A stretch of 64,000 nt of DNA from contig CM000154.2 in assembly GCA_000004695.1 (NCBI GenBank), positions 960,001 to 1,024,000 on the forward strand, in the 5' to 3' direction. The notes beneath the pieces were generated by a model that saw only the letters and a program-made list of their open reading frames with translations, made no database searches and was not told the origin of the DNA. Each line of letters starts with the position of its first letter. The first letter of the stretch is position 1. The translations under genes were made by a program, and so were the position numbers. Positions 14,924 to 29,901 of this stretch are shown piece by piece. The DNA comes from Dictyostelium discoideum (lineage: Eukaryota).

Positions 14924-15231
14924 GTTCTGGAACTCTTGGAGATTATTGGGCACCAATAGTAAAGTATGTTATTGATGGTTATGTTGATATTAAACCACCA
15001 TTTGAAAATGTTGAAAGAAAAACAATTTCATTACCAAAATTAATGTCAGTAAATGATGTGATTGGTATTTATTCATCATGGTCAGGTTATGCATCATTCA
15101 TTAAAGCTGGAAACAATGATGTTTTACCAGGAGTAAAAGAAAACTTAATGAGTGCTTTCAAAACAACTGATCCTAATGCAGAAATTGTTGAAACTAATTT
15201 CCCAGTTTACATGGTTTTATCTAAAAAATAA
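14125..15231 (+). CDS. Class I SAM-dependent methyltransferase (type-11-like; 3 exons: 14125..14329, 14482..14764, 14920..15231)
   Basis: Motif I DCGCGSGQAT in exon 1, post-I acidic residue and VDLITVATAVHWFD (motif II/III region) in exon 2. Donors GTAAGT (14330) and GTAATT (14765); acceptors ttttAG and a-rich AG; phases 1/0 consistent. Intron 1 contains an (AAAAT)n array. Confidence 0.7.
14354..14452. repeat. (AAAAT)n microsatellite, about 20 units, inside intron 1 of the methyltransferase gene
   Basis: Direct reading: aaaat repeated perfectly. Confidence 0.95.
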
Positions 15232-15337
15232 AAACAATAATAATAATAATAATAAATAAAAATTATTAAACACAATCATTATACAATAATATTTTTAATT
15301 TTATTTCAATATTTCCTTTTATTATTATAATTATACG

Positions 15338-15376
<39 letters not shown>

Positions 15377-15394
15377 TTTTAAAAAAAAAATACC

Positions 15395-16150
15395 CTATAA
15401 AGTTTTTAAGAAATTTTGGAAATCATTATTAAATTCATCAATTTCTTTTTTTAAAAAAACACCTTCATCAATTAAATCCTTTTCATCTTTACATCTATCT
15501 ATCAAAAGCATACATTTAGTTTTCATTTGTTCAATAGATAATTTATCATTTTCAATTCTTGTTTTTTCTATACCACATTTTTTAATGCTTTCATCCAATA
15601 ATTGTTCTTGAGCTTTTAATAAACTAATTTTACTTGTTAATTGACTTTCTTGACTTCTAAAACTATCCAATTGTGGTTGTAAATCATCAACTTCTGTTTG
15701 TTTTTGAGTGATTTGTTGATTATTATAATCAATTTTTGAGGATAACTCTTTAATGTTATTGGTGAAAAATCTTATTGAATCATTGATTGCTGATCCAATT
15801 GGATTGAAAATATGTGATAAGATAGTTTGAACATCTAATTTTGGCATTTGTTCTTGGATTTTTCTTTTATCATCTTCAATTTCCTGGTTCATTGAATTGA
15901 TATCATTTCTTAAATCATTAAGTTCACTTTGTAAACCAGATTCTTTTTTTTCAACATCTCCCAATCGATTTCTTGTTTCTTGGAGTCTTTCTTCAGTTTC
16001 ATAATTATCTTGGGTTAATCTTTTTAATTGATCAATGAGATTTTGAATTGTAATATCATCATCTTTAATTAAATTACTATAATTATCTGATAGTGAAACT
16101 AGGACATCATAATTACAATTTAATTGTTGAATTGATTGTGCAATATCCAT
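15395..16150 (-). CDS. Coiled-coil protein of unknown function (251 aa, single exon)
   Basis: Continuous ORF with heptad-like, E/K/Q/L-rich sequence throughout (LQETRNRLGDVEKKESGLQSELNDLRNDINSMNQEIEDDKRKIQEQ...). No catalytic motif recognised. Confidence 0.5.
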   Translation of the reverse strand: MDIAQSIQQLNCNYDVLVSLSDNYSNLIKDDDITIQNLIDQLKRLTQDNYETEERLQETRNRLGDVEKKESGLQSELNDLRNDINSMNQEIEDDKRKIQEQMPKLDVQTILSHIFNPIGSAINDSIRFFTNNIKELSSKIDYNNQQITQKQTEVDDLQPQLDSFRSQESQLTSKISLLKAQEQLLDESIKKCGIEKTRIENDKLSIEQMKTKCMLLIDRCKDEKDLIDEGVFLKKEIDEFNNDFQNFLKTL

Positions 16151-17381
16151 TTTTTATTTTTATTTTATTTTTTTAATTATTGTTTTTTTTTAATTATTAA
16201 AAAAATACAAAAAATATTTATTCTTTAAATAGAATTTTTTGTCACAGTAAAAAAAAAAAAAAATAAAAAAGAAATAATTATTAATTAAAAATTTAAAAAA
16301 AAATTTACCACTATCAGTTATTTTTAAACTGATTGTGGGGTAATGTTCAGTTATTTTTGTAAAGTGGTGTTTTTATATTTTTTAATTTATTGCATTGGAA
16401 GAAAGGTTTTAATATTTGCTTTATTTTTTTTTTTTTAATTTTAATACCATTTTTTTATTTTTTTATTTTTTTTAATCAATTTTGAAAATTATTGAAAAAC
16501 TATAATTATCATTTGATTACTTTGAAAAAATTTCTTTTTGGTTTGATTTTCCTATAAATAGAATTTTATCGATATCTGAAAAAAAAAAAAAAAACCACCT
16601 TCATTTGAAAAACTGATTGGTGCATTGGTTATTTTTGTAAATAAAAAAAAAAAAAAAAAAAATTAAATTTTGCATTTATTTTGAATTTTATTTTATTTTA
16701 TTTTTTATTTTTATTTATTAATTTCTAAAATAGTTAAAAATCAGATTGGCAAGATATAATATATTAATAATATAATCATCAATAAAGAATATCAAAAAAT
16801 GAAATTAAAATTTTTTTTTTTCTTTTTAACATTGATTTTATTTTTTTTTTTTTTTTTGTGGATTTAGCATTGATAAATAAAGCAATCAAAAATACACAAT
16901 GATATTTTCAATATATAAAACATAAAAAATGAATGCAATCATTCTGTTTATTTATTTTTTTTTTTTTGTCAAAATTTTATTTAGAATTTATTTAATATTA
17001 ATATTCATTTTTATTATATAAAAATTGATTAAATTTGAAGCTTATTTAATTAAATTGTTTTATTTTTTATTTTTCTTTTATTTTTTTAAATTTCATTTTT
17101 TCAAACATTCAAATTTGACATTAAATAAATAAAAAATTAGAATTTTATCAAACCAATTTTTTTTTTTTTTTTTTTTTTTATCCATTTTTTTATTACTCTC
17201 TTTGTTGCCCAAAATGAAAAAACATTCACAAAAACAACAAAAAATTAATGACTAATAATTAACTTCAAAAAATAAAATTTTGATTAGGAAAAAAATAAAA
17301 TAAAAACAATTTATTTTATTTTCTCTTTTGGTTCTATTTTTTTATTTTTTATTCTCAGATTTTTATAAAATCTATAATTAA

Positions 17382-17414
<33 letters not shown>

Positions 17415-17718
17415 GACGTGGTTTCAAATTATAATTTTCATGTTTTTATTTTTTGATTAAATATTTTGCGTGGCTTTTTTATTTTTTTTTATTCGTTCAC
17501 CACATGCACAGCTAACATAGCTAAACAGTCAACACTTTCATTTTATTTCCCCATTTTCTCACCAACAACAAAATACTATAAAATGAAAAAAATAAATAAA
17601 AAAAATATTAATTCATTTGAAAATAAAACAAATAAAAAAAACAAATAAAAAACAAATAAAACACAAATTTATAAATAAATTCATTATATATAATATAATT
17701 AAAATAAAATAAAATAAA

Positions 17719-18288
17719 ATGTTATCAGATTTTTTCAACAATTTAGCATCATTTTTTAGTAACATATTCTCATTATTTGAAGGTAAAAAACAAACAAGAA
17801 TATTAATGATTGGACTTGATGGTGCAGGTAAATCAACACTTTTATATAAATTAAAATTGGGTGATATTGTTTCAACCGTTCCAACGATTGGATTCAATGT
17901 TGAAACCATTGAATATAAAAATTTATCAATGACAGTTTGGGATGTAGGTGGTCAATATAAAATCCGTGCCTTATGGAAACACTATTACCATGGTACAAAC
18001 GCAATCATCTTTGTAGTAGATAGTACAGATCGTGAAAGAATGGATGAAGTTAAAGAAGAAATTGACACTCTTTTAATTCAAGAAGAATTAAAAGGTATAC
18101 AAATATTAATATTTGCAAATAAACAAGATATGAATAATGCAATGAATACATCAGAAATTGTAGACTCTTTAAATTTAAATTCAATTAAAGATAGAAAATG
18201 GTATGTTCAACCATGCAGTGCTATTAAATCACCACATGGCATCTATGAAGGATTTGATTGGGTTGCAAATTCACTCAATAATAAATAA
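17719..18288 (+). CDS. ARF-family small GTPase (ADP-ribosylation factor-like, 189 aa)
   Basis: P-loop GLDGAGKST, switch/ARF motifs WDVGGQ and NKQD, and C-terminal CSA box (PCSAIKSP). The N-terminus MLSDFF... lacks Gly2, so it is ARL-like rather than a canonical myristoylated ARF. Confidence 0.9.
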   Translation: MLSDFFNNLASFFSNIFSLFEGKKQTRILMIGLDGAGKSTLLYKLKLGDIVSTVPTIGFNVETIEYKNLSMTVWDVGGQYKIRALWKHYYHGTNAIIFVVDSTDRERMDEVKEEIDTLLIQEELKGIQILIFANKQDMNNAMNTSEIVDSLNLNSIKDRKWYVQPCSAIKSPHGIYEGFDWVANSLNNK

Positions 18289-18355
18289 ATAAAAAAAATA
18301 AATAAAAACCTTTGTAAATATATATAAATAGTAAAAATAATATTTATTTATTTAT

Positions 18356-19731
18356 TTATTTATTAATTTGTAAAATAGTTGATACACCATAATGATCACT
18401 TAATTGTGTGAATGGGAAACCTTGAATAAAGAATGGATCAACTTTTGTTGAACCTTTTAATGGAGATATGGAATTATGTTGTTGAGAGTGTTTTGAAGGT
18501 TGAGTAGGAGAAGGTACTTTAAAATTAAGTTCAACACCATCTATTGAAGTTTCGAATTCTCTATTGAATAATAAAATATAATCTAAACGTTTCATACAAC
18601 CGAAATCATTTGGATTTGTTAAAACCGTTTCTAATGGTATCTCTTGTTTTTTATCTTTTAAAAATTTGATATCACCAACTGTTGGAGGATGTTCACCATT
18701 GAAATCGTCTCTTAATAAATCTTGAATTGTGAAAATCTTTTTACCAGTTGGTAAATCTCTTTGATCGCTATTTGAGAGTAACTCCAACATTTGTAAATAG
18801 GAATCACCATCTTTTGGATCATCCTTTGAGACTCTACCATTTACATTTAAATCACCGGCTAAAATGATGATTGATTTATCTTTAAAAGTTTTTTCAAAGA
18901 TAAATTCACGTAATTGATTTAATTGAATTAATCTAATATTATCATTTTTATAATTGGATGCTTGGTCTTGAGTGGCGGAAGCTTTAACAGTTTTTGATCC
19001 ATCTGATTTTGGTGCGTAGGAAGCTTGCATATGGGTGGTAAAAAGGTGAATGAAATTCTCATCATCATTGGATGAACCAGTTGGAACTACCTTAATCTTT
19101 GTGTATAGCACACCCTTTGAGGAAAGCATATCGCTATCGACACCTTGTTCGTATAGGAAGAAATCAGAGGCCACAATTGGGTACTTTGAAATCACGGTTA
19201 AACCGCCATCAACCAAAAATGTTGAACGGAGATAAGGTGGTGATGGTGAGGTAGCGTAATATTGAAAACCCTGTTGCTCTGCTTTCTCTATGAATCTACG
19301 TTGACGATAACTAAATGCTGAAAATAACTCTTGTAAACAAATGATATCATATTGTGCTAAAATGGATTTCGATGGTGCTATACTTTGATAATCACTAGAG
19401 TTATTATGAAGATTTTGTTGTTTCAATGATGATGGTGGTGGTGGTGATTTGGCTTTCTTATTCATTCCAGTAACTTCCATTAATTTCCCATAGACTGGAT
19501 ATTTCCATGGTGAAAAGTATGGAATATATGGAAAACTGGTTTTATCTACACTATAAACTGCATTTGGAATACCTTGTGCACTCTTTGACCCTTTATTATA
19601 ATTTATATGTGGTGATAAACTATCTGATATTAAACATTCAATTCTTTCATCTTTCCAATCATTTTCATTATTTTTAATACCTGGTGGTCTAATAAATACA
19701 TTATATGTAAGTAATTTAATTGTTTTTGTCA

Positions 19732-19780
<49 letters not shown>

Positions 19781-20080
19781 TTGATGTTCTTGTTGTTTGA
19801 TTAGATTTGATGAATTTCCTTTAATACCTGTTACAGAGTTACTATCTATTTTATTATTATTATTATTATTATTATCACCACCTTTAACCCTATAAAATAA
19901 ATAATCAATGATAAATGTAAATGAATAATAATAAGAAGAATATGATGAAATATTTGAAGATGAGGTTTTATGTTGATCACTTATGTTAGTATTTAAATGA
20001 TTTAAAGTAATGGTTAAATATAAAACTAATGAAAAAATAGCAATGAAACAATAAATTAATTTATATGATATTAATTTCAT
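18356..20080 (-). CDS. Neutral-sphingomyelinase-like Mg-dependent phosphodiesterase (endonuclease/exonuclease/phosphatase fold) with N-terminal transmembrane segment
   Basis: N-terminal hydrophobic helix (LIYCFIAIFSLVLYLTITL). EEP/nSMase motifs: DIICLQELF, GGLTVISKYPI, SKGVLYTKI, HLFTTHMQASY, ILAGDLNVN, RLDYILLF, SDHYGV. Poly-N insert. Confidence 0.6.
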
Positions 20081-21450
20081 AATAATAATAATAATAATAA
20101 TAACAATAATTCAAATAAATAAAAATAAAAATAATAATAAATATTAAAAAATTAAATAATAATTATCTAATTTATTTTTTCTCTTTAATTTTGATAATTT
20201 AAAAAATGGATAAATAAATATATTAAAAGTATCACAAAAAACATTATATATGGAAATAAATATGATTAAAAATAATATTAAAATCTCCAATTGTTTTTAA
20301 AAAAATAACATTATTGTTAATTTATTTATTTAAGGGTTTTTTTTTTTTTTTTTTTTTTTTTTGTTTCTTCTTTTTTCGTATATTTTTTTTTTTTTTTTTT
20401 TTTGTGTGTTTCTTTAAGTAATAAAAAAAAAATAAAAAAAAAGAAAATGCAATGTTGTGTTTATATGTTTAAATTTTATTTTTACCTTTGGTATATGAAT
20501 TTTTAATAGGTTTATATGTATTATTAATAATTAGGTGTTACATTTTAAAAAAAAAAAAAAAAAGTGAAAACTAACGTTTGAGAAAAAAAAAAAATAAAAA
20601 AAAAAAAATAAAAAATAAAAAATAAATAAAAAAAAAAAAATAAATAAAAAAAATCTTCAAACGTCATCAATGTTTACATATTCGCATCCATGTTTATTTT
20701 TGGTAAAGAGTAATGTTACTAAAAATTATTATATTTAATAATTTTGCATCTTTTTTATTTTTTTTTTTTTTTTTTAATTATAAAAAATAAAAAAATAAAA
20801 AAAAAAGATATAAGATAAAAAAAAAAAATTTAAATTGTGTGGTTTTTAATTTTTAAAATTATTTCTTTTTATTATTTTACTTATTTTCTTCATTGCAATT
20901 GAATGTTTTATTAAATTTATTAATGATTAATAACCTTGATTTCAAAAAAAATAAAAAAATAAAAAAATATAAAAAAAAAAATAAAAAAAATTATTATTAC
21001 CGGTCCAAAGAATTTTTTTTTTTTTCTAATTTCTACTTTTTTTTTTTTTTTTTTGTAAATAGATTTATTAATATTTTTCCCTGTGTTTCCACATAATTTT
21101 AATTTATAAATATGAAAAGGATAATTTTTTTATTTTTTTTTTATTATTTTTATTATTTAATATTTAAAAGAGACCACCTTTTATGGTGAAGTTTTTTATT
21201 TTTTAATTTTTTATTATTTTTATTTTTTTTTCCAATTATTCATTAAATTAATAAATTAGTAAAACACCAAAAGTTAAAAATATAAAAAAATATAAAATAA
21301 AAAAAAATGGAAATAAAAATGAAAATGAAAATGAAAATAAATAAAAATAATATTTATAAAGTTCTTTTTATTTTTTTAAAGTAGAATTACAATTTATTTA
21401 TTTATTTTTTTTTTTATTTTTTTTTTTTTCCAAAAAATACAATTATTCAT

Positions 21451-22302
21451 TTAAATGAATAAATAAGTGATTAAAATTAATAAAGTTAAAAAACTAAAAG
21501 TTAAAGATGAAGAAGAATTATTTGGATCAACACAAAGTGGATGAACTTTAAAGATTGAAGTTGTCATATTACAATAGTTTTTGAAAACTTGATTATCGGT
21601 AATGTTGCTTAATACTCCACCAATGATAGTTGGTCTATTCCAACCATCACCTAAACCATAACCATAGGCAGTGAGGAAAGTTGAATCGATTGGAACTTGA
21701 CTCATGCATTTATCACAATAGAGTGTTTTAATTGATGTACCATAAACAACCTTTGAAAATCCTGAATAAAGAATTGCACCTTGACACATTAAACATGATT
21801 CACCAGTTGTGTAAAGTGTATAATCTGAGAAATTGCTAATACCATATAATGCATTTGCCTTTTGAATTACAACAATCTCTGCATGTTGTGTTAAATCTTT
21901 CATTTGTCTTCCTAAATTCATATCGATAACAATTTGTGTACCATTCTTATGAACGATTGATGCTACAAATAATGCTCCCTTTTCTTTTGCAAAATCAATA
22001 ACTTGTTGCATATAACCTTGGTGATATGATAATTCATCTCCTGTAACAGCTGTTAGTGGTACCTAAATATTAAAAATAAAAAAAAAATTTTAAAAAAATT
22101 AAAAAAAATAAAAAAAAAATTAGAAGTTAGAATTAAATAAAAAATTTAAATAAAAATAAAGTAAAATAAAATAAATTAAATTAAGGTTACTTACTGGTAC
22201 TTGTTCTGGTGTTGAGTAATATGGGTTCATTCCATTTTCGCATGATAAAACTTTACCAACCAAGCATAAGGTTGCAAAGAATAAAACTAAATATTTGTTC
22301 AT
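21451..22302 (-). CDS. Secreted CDA-fold (cytidine/guanine/tRNA-adenosine deaminase-like) zinc deaminase, probably GPI-anchored (exons 22195..22302 and 21451..22062)
   Basis: Exon 1 gives signal peptide MNKYLVLFFATLCLVGKVLS. GTAAGT donor at 22194 and atatttAG acceptor at 22063, both phase 0. Exon 2 has the zinc-binding pair H-A-E (QHAEIVVI) and C-x-x-C (GESCLMCQG) about 28 residues apart. The C-terminus is a hydrophobic tail LTFSFLTLLILITYLFI after a Ser-rich stretch, which is GPI-signal-like. Confidence 0.6.
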
Positions 22303-23014
22303 TTTTTTATTTTTTTTTTTTTTTAAATGAATAATTATAAATTTGAAAAATATAATGAAAAAAAATAAAAATAAAAAAAAAAAAAAATTTATTAGATTCA
22401 AAAAAAAAAAAAAAAGTAATATTTTAAAATAAAAAAAAAATAAAAAAAATAAAAAAAAAATAAAATATCTTTTAAATTTTGAAAAAGAAGGAATGAATTG
22501 TTTCGTTTGTCTTAATAAATTTAATTTAATAAAGCAATGGTTTTTTTATGGCGGGTTTATTAGAAAAAATCCTTTTTTTTTTTTTTTTTATTTTTTTGTG
22601 TCAGTTATTAAAATATATTTTTTTGAAAAAAAGATATTTTAATTTTTTGTTTTTTTTTTCCCCTAAACAATTTCAAATAAAAAATTCCAAAAAAATTCGC
22701 TTTTTCAAACCTTAACAGTGAAATTTATTCGTAATTTAACAAAATTGTGTAAGGAAAATTGAAAAAAAAACTGAAAAAACCATATATATTAAATTGAAAT
22801 TTTTCACACACACACTGGGGTGGGTTATCATAAAATTTAAAATATTTGATTATTGGTGCGATTAATTAAATAACCTAAAAATAACAACACCTTACACCTC
22901 CACATCCGCATAATTTTTTAAAACATCTGTTTTATGGTTTTTTATATGAAAATGTATATTTTTTTTTTTTTTAATTTTATTTATAATAATTGGTGAAACT
23001 TTATTGTTTTTAAA

Positions 23015-23954
23015 TTAAATTCTGGAATCACTTTGTAAAAATTTATAAACTGAAAGTATTGATTTATCTATTTGTTCACCAACATTTTCACTCCTATTAT
23101 TAGAATTTATAGTAGTTATAGCATTTATAAATTTATTATTTTCTTTCTCAATTGCTTGAAATATATTTGAAATTTCTTTATCTATAAAAAAAAAAAAATG
23201 ATTTGTTAATTTGTTTAAAAATAAAAAATAAAAAAATAAATAAAATAAAAACAAAAATTTTAATAATACCACCAGTTAATAAGAATTGACAATCAGATAT
23301 TTTTAAATTATCAATTGAATTAAGTAATTTAATTTTTTCATTTTTTAAAAATAGTGAATCGATTATTGATTTTGGAGATTTTGATATTGATGGTTGATTG
23401 GATTCTTCTAAACATTTTATCATTATTTCAAAGGTTTCAGTTTGGCTAGAAGAGAATAAAAATTTAAAATTATAAAATAAATAATTCAATTGAAATTTAT
23501 TAAATTCTTTAATCTTTGAATTTCCATAAAGACTATTGTTATTATTAATGGTATCATTGTTATTAATTTTATTAGTACCAAAGGTTAATGTGTTACCAAT
23601 TAATGATTCTATAATAATAAAACCTTCATTTTTATTTAATTGATTATATTGATTAAATTGTTTAAGTTTTTTATCTAATTCAATTATTGAATTATTAATA
23701 TTATTATTATTATTATTATTGTTGTTGTTGTTATTGTTGCCGTAGTTGTTTATCTCTTGTATATCATTTGGTGATAAAATTATAAATGATAATTTATTTT
23801 GTTTAAATTCAAAATGAAAAGGTAAATTGCTAGTTTTCTTATTTGAATCATTATTTGAAACTTCGAAAAAACTATTTAATATTTGTTGATTGGATACACT
23901 TAAATTGGGTTTATTTAAAGTGATTTTATATCTAATTAATTTATTGTTTATCAT
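23015..23954 (-). CDS. Asn-rich hypothetical protein (2 exons: 23280..23954 and 23015..23181)
   Basis: ORF MINNKLIRYKITLNKP... with poly-N. Donor G|GTATTA at 23279 and tttatAG acceptor at 23182, phase 1, giving ...LLTG-D-KEISNIFQAIEK...SDSRI*. No family recognised. Confidence 0.4.
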
Positions 23955-24078
23955 TATTTATTTTTTATTTTGTTTTATATATTTATTTAATTTATTTATA
24001 TTTATTATTTTTTTTTTTTTTTTGAAAAGAAAAATAAAATATTTTATTATACATTTTTTTTTTTTTTTTTTGAAATAG

Positions 24079-24109
<31 letters not shown>

Positions 24110-24360
24110 ATGATAATAATAATAAAATAAATAATAAAAATCAAATAGGATAAATCATGTTTTCAATTAAAAAAAAAAAATAAAAATAAAACTTAAAAAG
24201 GTTGGTGTGTTTGGGCAATGAAAATAAATATTTTTGGAAAAAAAAAAAAAAAATTAAAAAAAAAAATTGAAAACCGAAAAACAAAATGAAAAGAAAAAAA
24301 AAAGAAAAATATCCCAAAACAAATAAAATTGAAAACTAAGGTATTTAAAAAAAATAAATA

Positions 24361-24535
24361 TGGTTGTTTAAATTTGTCGATTGCATTTATGCATGAGGCC
24401 AATAACATCATTTAGTATATGTTACTCCAGCATTGATGCATATATAGAGACCCTTTGCGGGGTATCAGATGGATTGGTCTTCGGGTTAGTCCTTATATCT
24501 GATTGCTAGAGAAAGCTGAGCTGGCCTTCCAAAAA
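24361..24535 (+). ncRNA. Copy 1 of a tandemly duplicated, roughly 165-bp GC-rich conserved element; candidate small structured RNA gene (strand uncertain)
   Basis: Near-identical to 24733..24905 (2 substitutions plus a divergent 3' end). It is far GC-richer than the flanks. It contains a TATATAGAG box followed by a segment that folds as GGAUUGGUC-UUCG-GGUUAGUCC (9-bp stem, C(UUCG)G tetraloop) nested within AUCAGAU/AUCUGAU. No ORF. Confidence 0.4.
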
Positions 24536-24732
24536 TAAATTTAAAGAAAAAAAAATTAATAATAAAATAACATATTAGTAAATAATTTAATTTTATTTAT
24601 TTCAATACTAAATTTTATTTTATTTATTTCAAAAATTTTTTTTTTATTTTTATTTTTATTTTTATTTTTTTTTAAAAAATAAAATCCCACAAATTTACAA
24701 AAAAACAAGAGAGTATTTCAAAAACCACCATA

Positions 24733-24905
24733 TTATTTTTAAAATTTGTCAATTGCATTTATGCATGAGGCCAATAACATCATTTAGTATATGTTACTCC
24801 AGCATTGATGCATATATAGAGACCCTTTGCGGGGAATCAGATGGATTGGTCTTCGGGTTAGTCCTTATATTTGATTGCTAGAGAAAGCTGAGCTGGCCTT
24901 TTTAA
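24733..24905 (+). ncRNA. Copy 2 of the same roughly 165-bp element; ends ...GCTGGCCTTTTT (oligo-T, pol III terminator-like)
   Basis: Same sequence as copy 1 (GGGGTATCAG becomes GGGGAATCAG; TATATCTG becomes TATATTTG). Followed directly by T5. Confidence 0.4.
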
Positions 24906-25634
24906 AATCTAAAAAAAAAAATTAATTATAAATATTGATAAAAATAAAAAATAATAAAAAAATTGTTCTATTTAATAAAAACCTTAAATAAATAAATAAA
25001 TAAAAACCACTAATTATTGCCTTTGACGACTAAACTCAAATTAATTAATTTTGAAAAAAAAAAAAAAAAAAATAATAAAAAAAAATAATTTAAACATTGT
25101 TTTTTTATTTTTTTTTTCAAATCTGATTCTTTTATTTATTTTTTATTTATTTATTTGTTTTTAATTGAAAAAAAAAAAAAAAAACTGGAAATAATTTGGT
25201 CAAATTAAAAAAAAATAACAATTATCAAAAATGGAAAATAAAAAAATAAAAAAATAAAAAATAAAAAATAAATAAAATTAAAAAATTTGATGAGGTGAAA
25301 AAAATTATTTAAAAAAAAAAAAAAAAAAAGTGAAATTTTTATAAAAAAAAAAAAATCTAAAAAAGAGGCAGTGGAAAAAAAGAGAATATTTTATTATTTT
25401 TTCAAGTTTTTGTAATTTTATTTTTAAAAAAAGAAAGAGGAATAAAAAAAAAAAAAAATAAATAAATAAAAAAAAATAAAAAAAAAAAAAAATATAAAAA
25501 ACAGTTCAATGACTTTATAAAACTCATTTTGTTAATAATCTTTTTTTTTTTTTTCTTTAAAATAAATACCTATTTTTTTTATAAATAAAATATAAATAAA
25601 ATATAAATATAAAGAAAAAAAAAAAAAAAAAAAA

Positions 25635-28399
<2,765 letters not shown>

Positions 28400-28437
28400 T
28401 CTATTAAATTTTATTTTATTATTTTATTTTTATTTTT

Positions 28438-29865
28438 TTAAGATTTTTCAATTGTAAATAATTTTGAATCATTACTAAAATTATTAATTTGATTAAAAGA
28501 ATTTGATGGTATATAGATTGTAGTTCTAAAGAATTTTTTATCATTTTTAAAATCATAATCAAAACAAATTATATTAACATTATAAGATGCAATACAAGGT
28601 GCTTTAATTGTAAAAGGTTTAATACCATCGAATGAGATTTTATTATAATCAAAACTTGTCCAATTTGAAATGTTTGTAATTGTTGGTACTTGTTTACCTA
28701 AATAATTTAATGGCAATTCTTTAAGAGTTTGCATTTTATTATGCCATGTTATTGTTTTAAAAAAATTATCATTTGTAAATTCTGAAACATCTTTACGATT
28801 GATTTTAGCCAATTCTAAAATTGATTTATTTTTAATATCTGATACTTTAAATAAAAGATTTTGTTGGAATCCAAAATTACCAATATGCTCTTCACTTAAA
28901 TTACAACGTTTTCTCATATTACATGTATATCTTAATCTAAACTCTTCGTCATCTGAAATCGATTCATTCATTGATAATATTTTAATAATAATTGAATGAA
29001 TTATATCATTTGTTGATAAATAGCAATCAGTTATTATTGATTTAATTAAATTTTCAATTTCAATTAAATTAAAATTAACTTTAATTGTAATATTTTCAAT
29101 TTTTGGTTTTTCGCTACTTGTATCATCACCACTACTACTTCCAAATGGGGTATAGGTATATCCTAAAAATTGTTTACCGTAATCACGAAAATTTTGTAAA
29201 TCTGTTAATGATGGTTGATCCCTATCATAAAAATCTTGACCATTAATTATTATTGGTTTCTTTAATGTTACTTTTTCATTTTCACCATTGTTTGAATAAA
29301 TCATTGAAAGATATTTAAAGAAATAGTACATACTACTTTGATCAAATAATGAATGATTAATACTATATCCAATTACAAAACCATCTTTTAATATGGTTAA
29401 TTTAAATGAACCCATTGGTAATCCTTCTAAATCAAAAGAGAATCCATTTTTCATTCTTTCATCAAGTAATTTCATTGGTATAATTGATTCTAATGTTGTT
29501 GTTTCAATTAATTCATTTTCTCTATTTTCAATTTCCAATTGATCATTAACTTTGTGATGTGATTTTGGTGGGTAACTAATGCACCAAATTCCATTTTCAG
29601 AGTGAAATGTTGATAGTAAAACTGGGAACTCATCGAATACTTGCTCCATTGATTTTAAGAATTTCTCTAAATCAATCTCTCCTTTAAAGAAATAACCACC
29701 TCTTGAGAAAACTGTATGTGCTGCATAATCTAACCCATCAAATTTCTTATAAAAAATATTATTTGATTTAAATAATTTTGAAGTATCTGTCATTTTTAAA
29801 GTTTTTATAATGAAATCTGATTTTTGAAAAAAATATTTTTTTTTTTGAAATAAGCAACAAAACAA
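28438..29865 (-). CDS. HXXXD-motif acyltransferase (BAHD/chloramphenicol-acetyltransferase-like transferase family)
   Basis: Continuous 475-aa ORF with a central catalytic-type motif YSINHSLFDQSS (HxxxD) in a context typical of the transferase family. The true start may be the internal MTDTSKLFK. Assignment rests on motif and general architecture only. Confidence 0.4.
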   Translation of the reverse strand: MFCCLFQKKKYFFQKSDFIIKTLKMTDTSKLFKSNNIFYKKFDGLDYAAHTVFSRGGYFFKGEIDLEKFLKSMEQVFDEFPVLLSTFHSENGIWCISYPPKSHHKVNDQLEIENRENELIETTTLESIIPMKLLDERMKNGFSFDLEGLPMGSFKLTILKDGFVIGYSINHSLFDQSSMYYFFKYLSMIYSNNGENEKVTLKKPIIINGQDFYDRDQPSLTDLQNFRDYGKQFLGYTYTPFGSSSGDDTSSEKPKIENITIKVNFNLIEIENLIKSIITDCYLSTNDIIHSIIIKILSMNESISDDEEFRLRYTCNMRKRCNLSEEHIGNFGFQQNLLFKVSDIKNKSILELAKINRKDVSEFTNDNFFKTITWHNKMQTLKELPLNYLGKQVPTITNISNWTSFDYNKISFDGIKPFTIKAPCIASYNVNIICFDYDFKNDKKFFRTTIYIPSNSFNQINNFSNDSKLFTIEKS

Positions 29866-29866
29866 A

Positions 29867-29901
<35 letters not shown>

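Noticed and set aside
24361-24905. tRNA, 5S rRNA, U6 or other canonical snRNA identity for the tandem GC-rich elements
   Set aside because: There is no tRNA A/B boxes or GGTTCGAATCC-like T-arm, no match to the Dictyostelium 5S sequence as I recall it, and only a superficial ACATATACTAAA resemblance to U6 on the opposite strand. I therefore left it as an unclassified ncRNA candidate.
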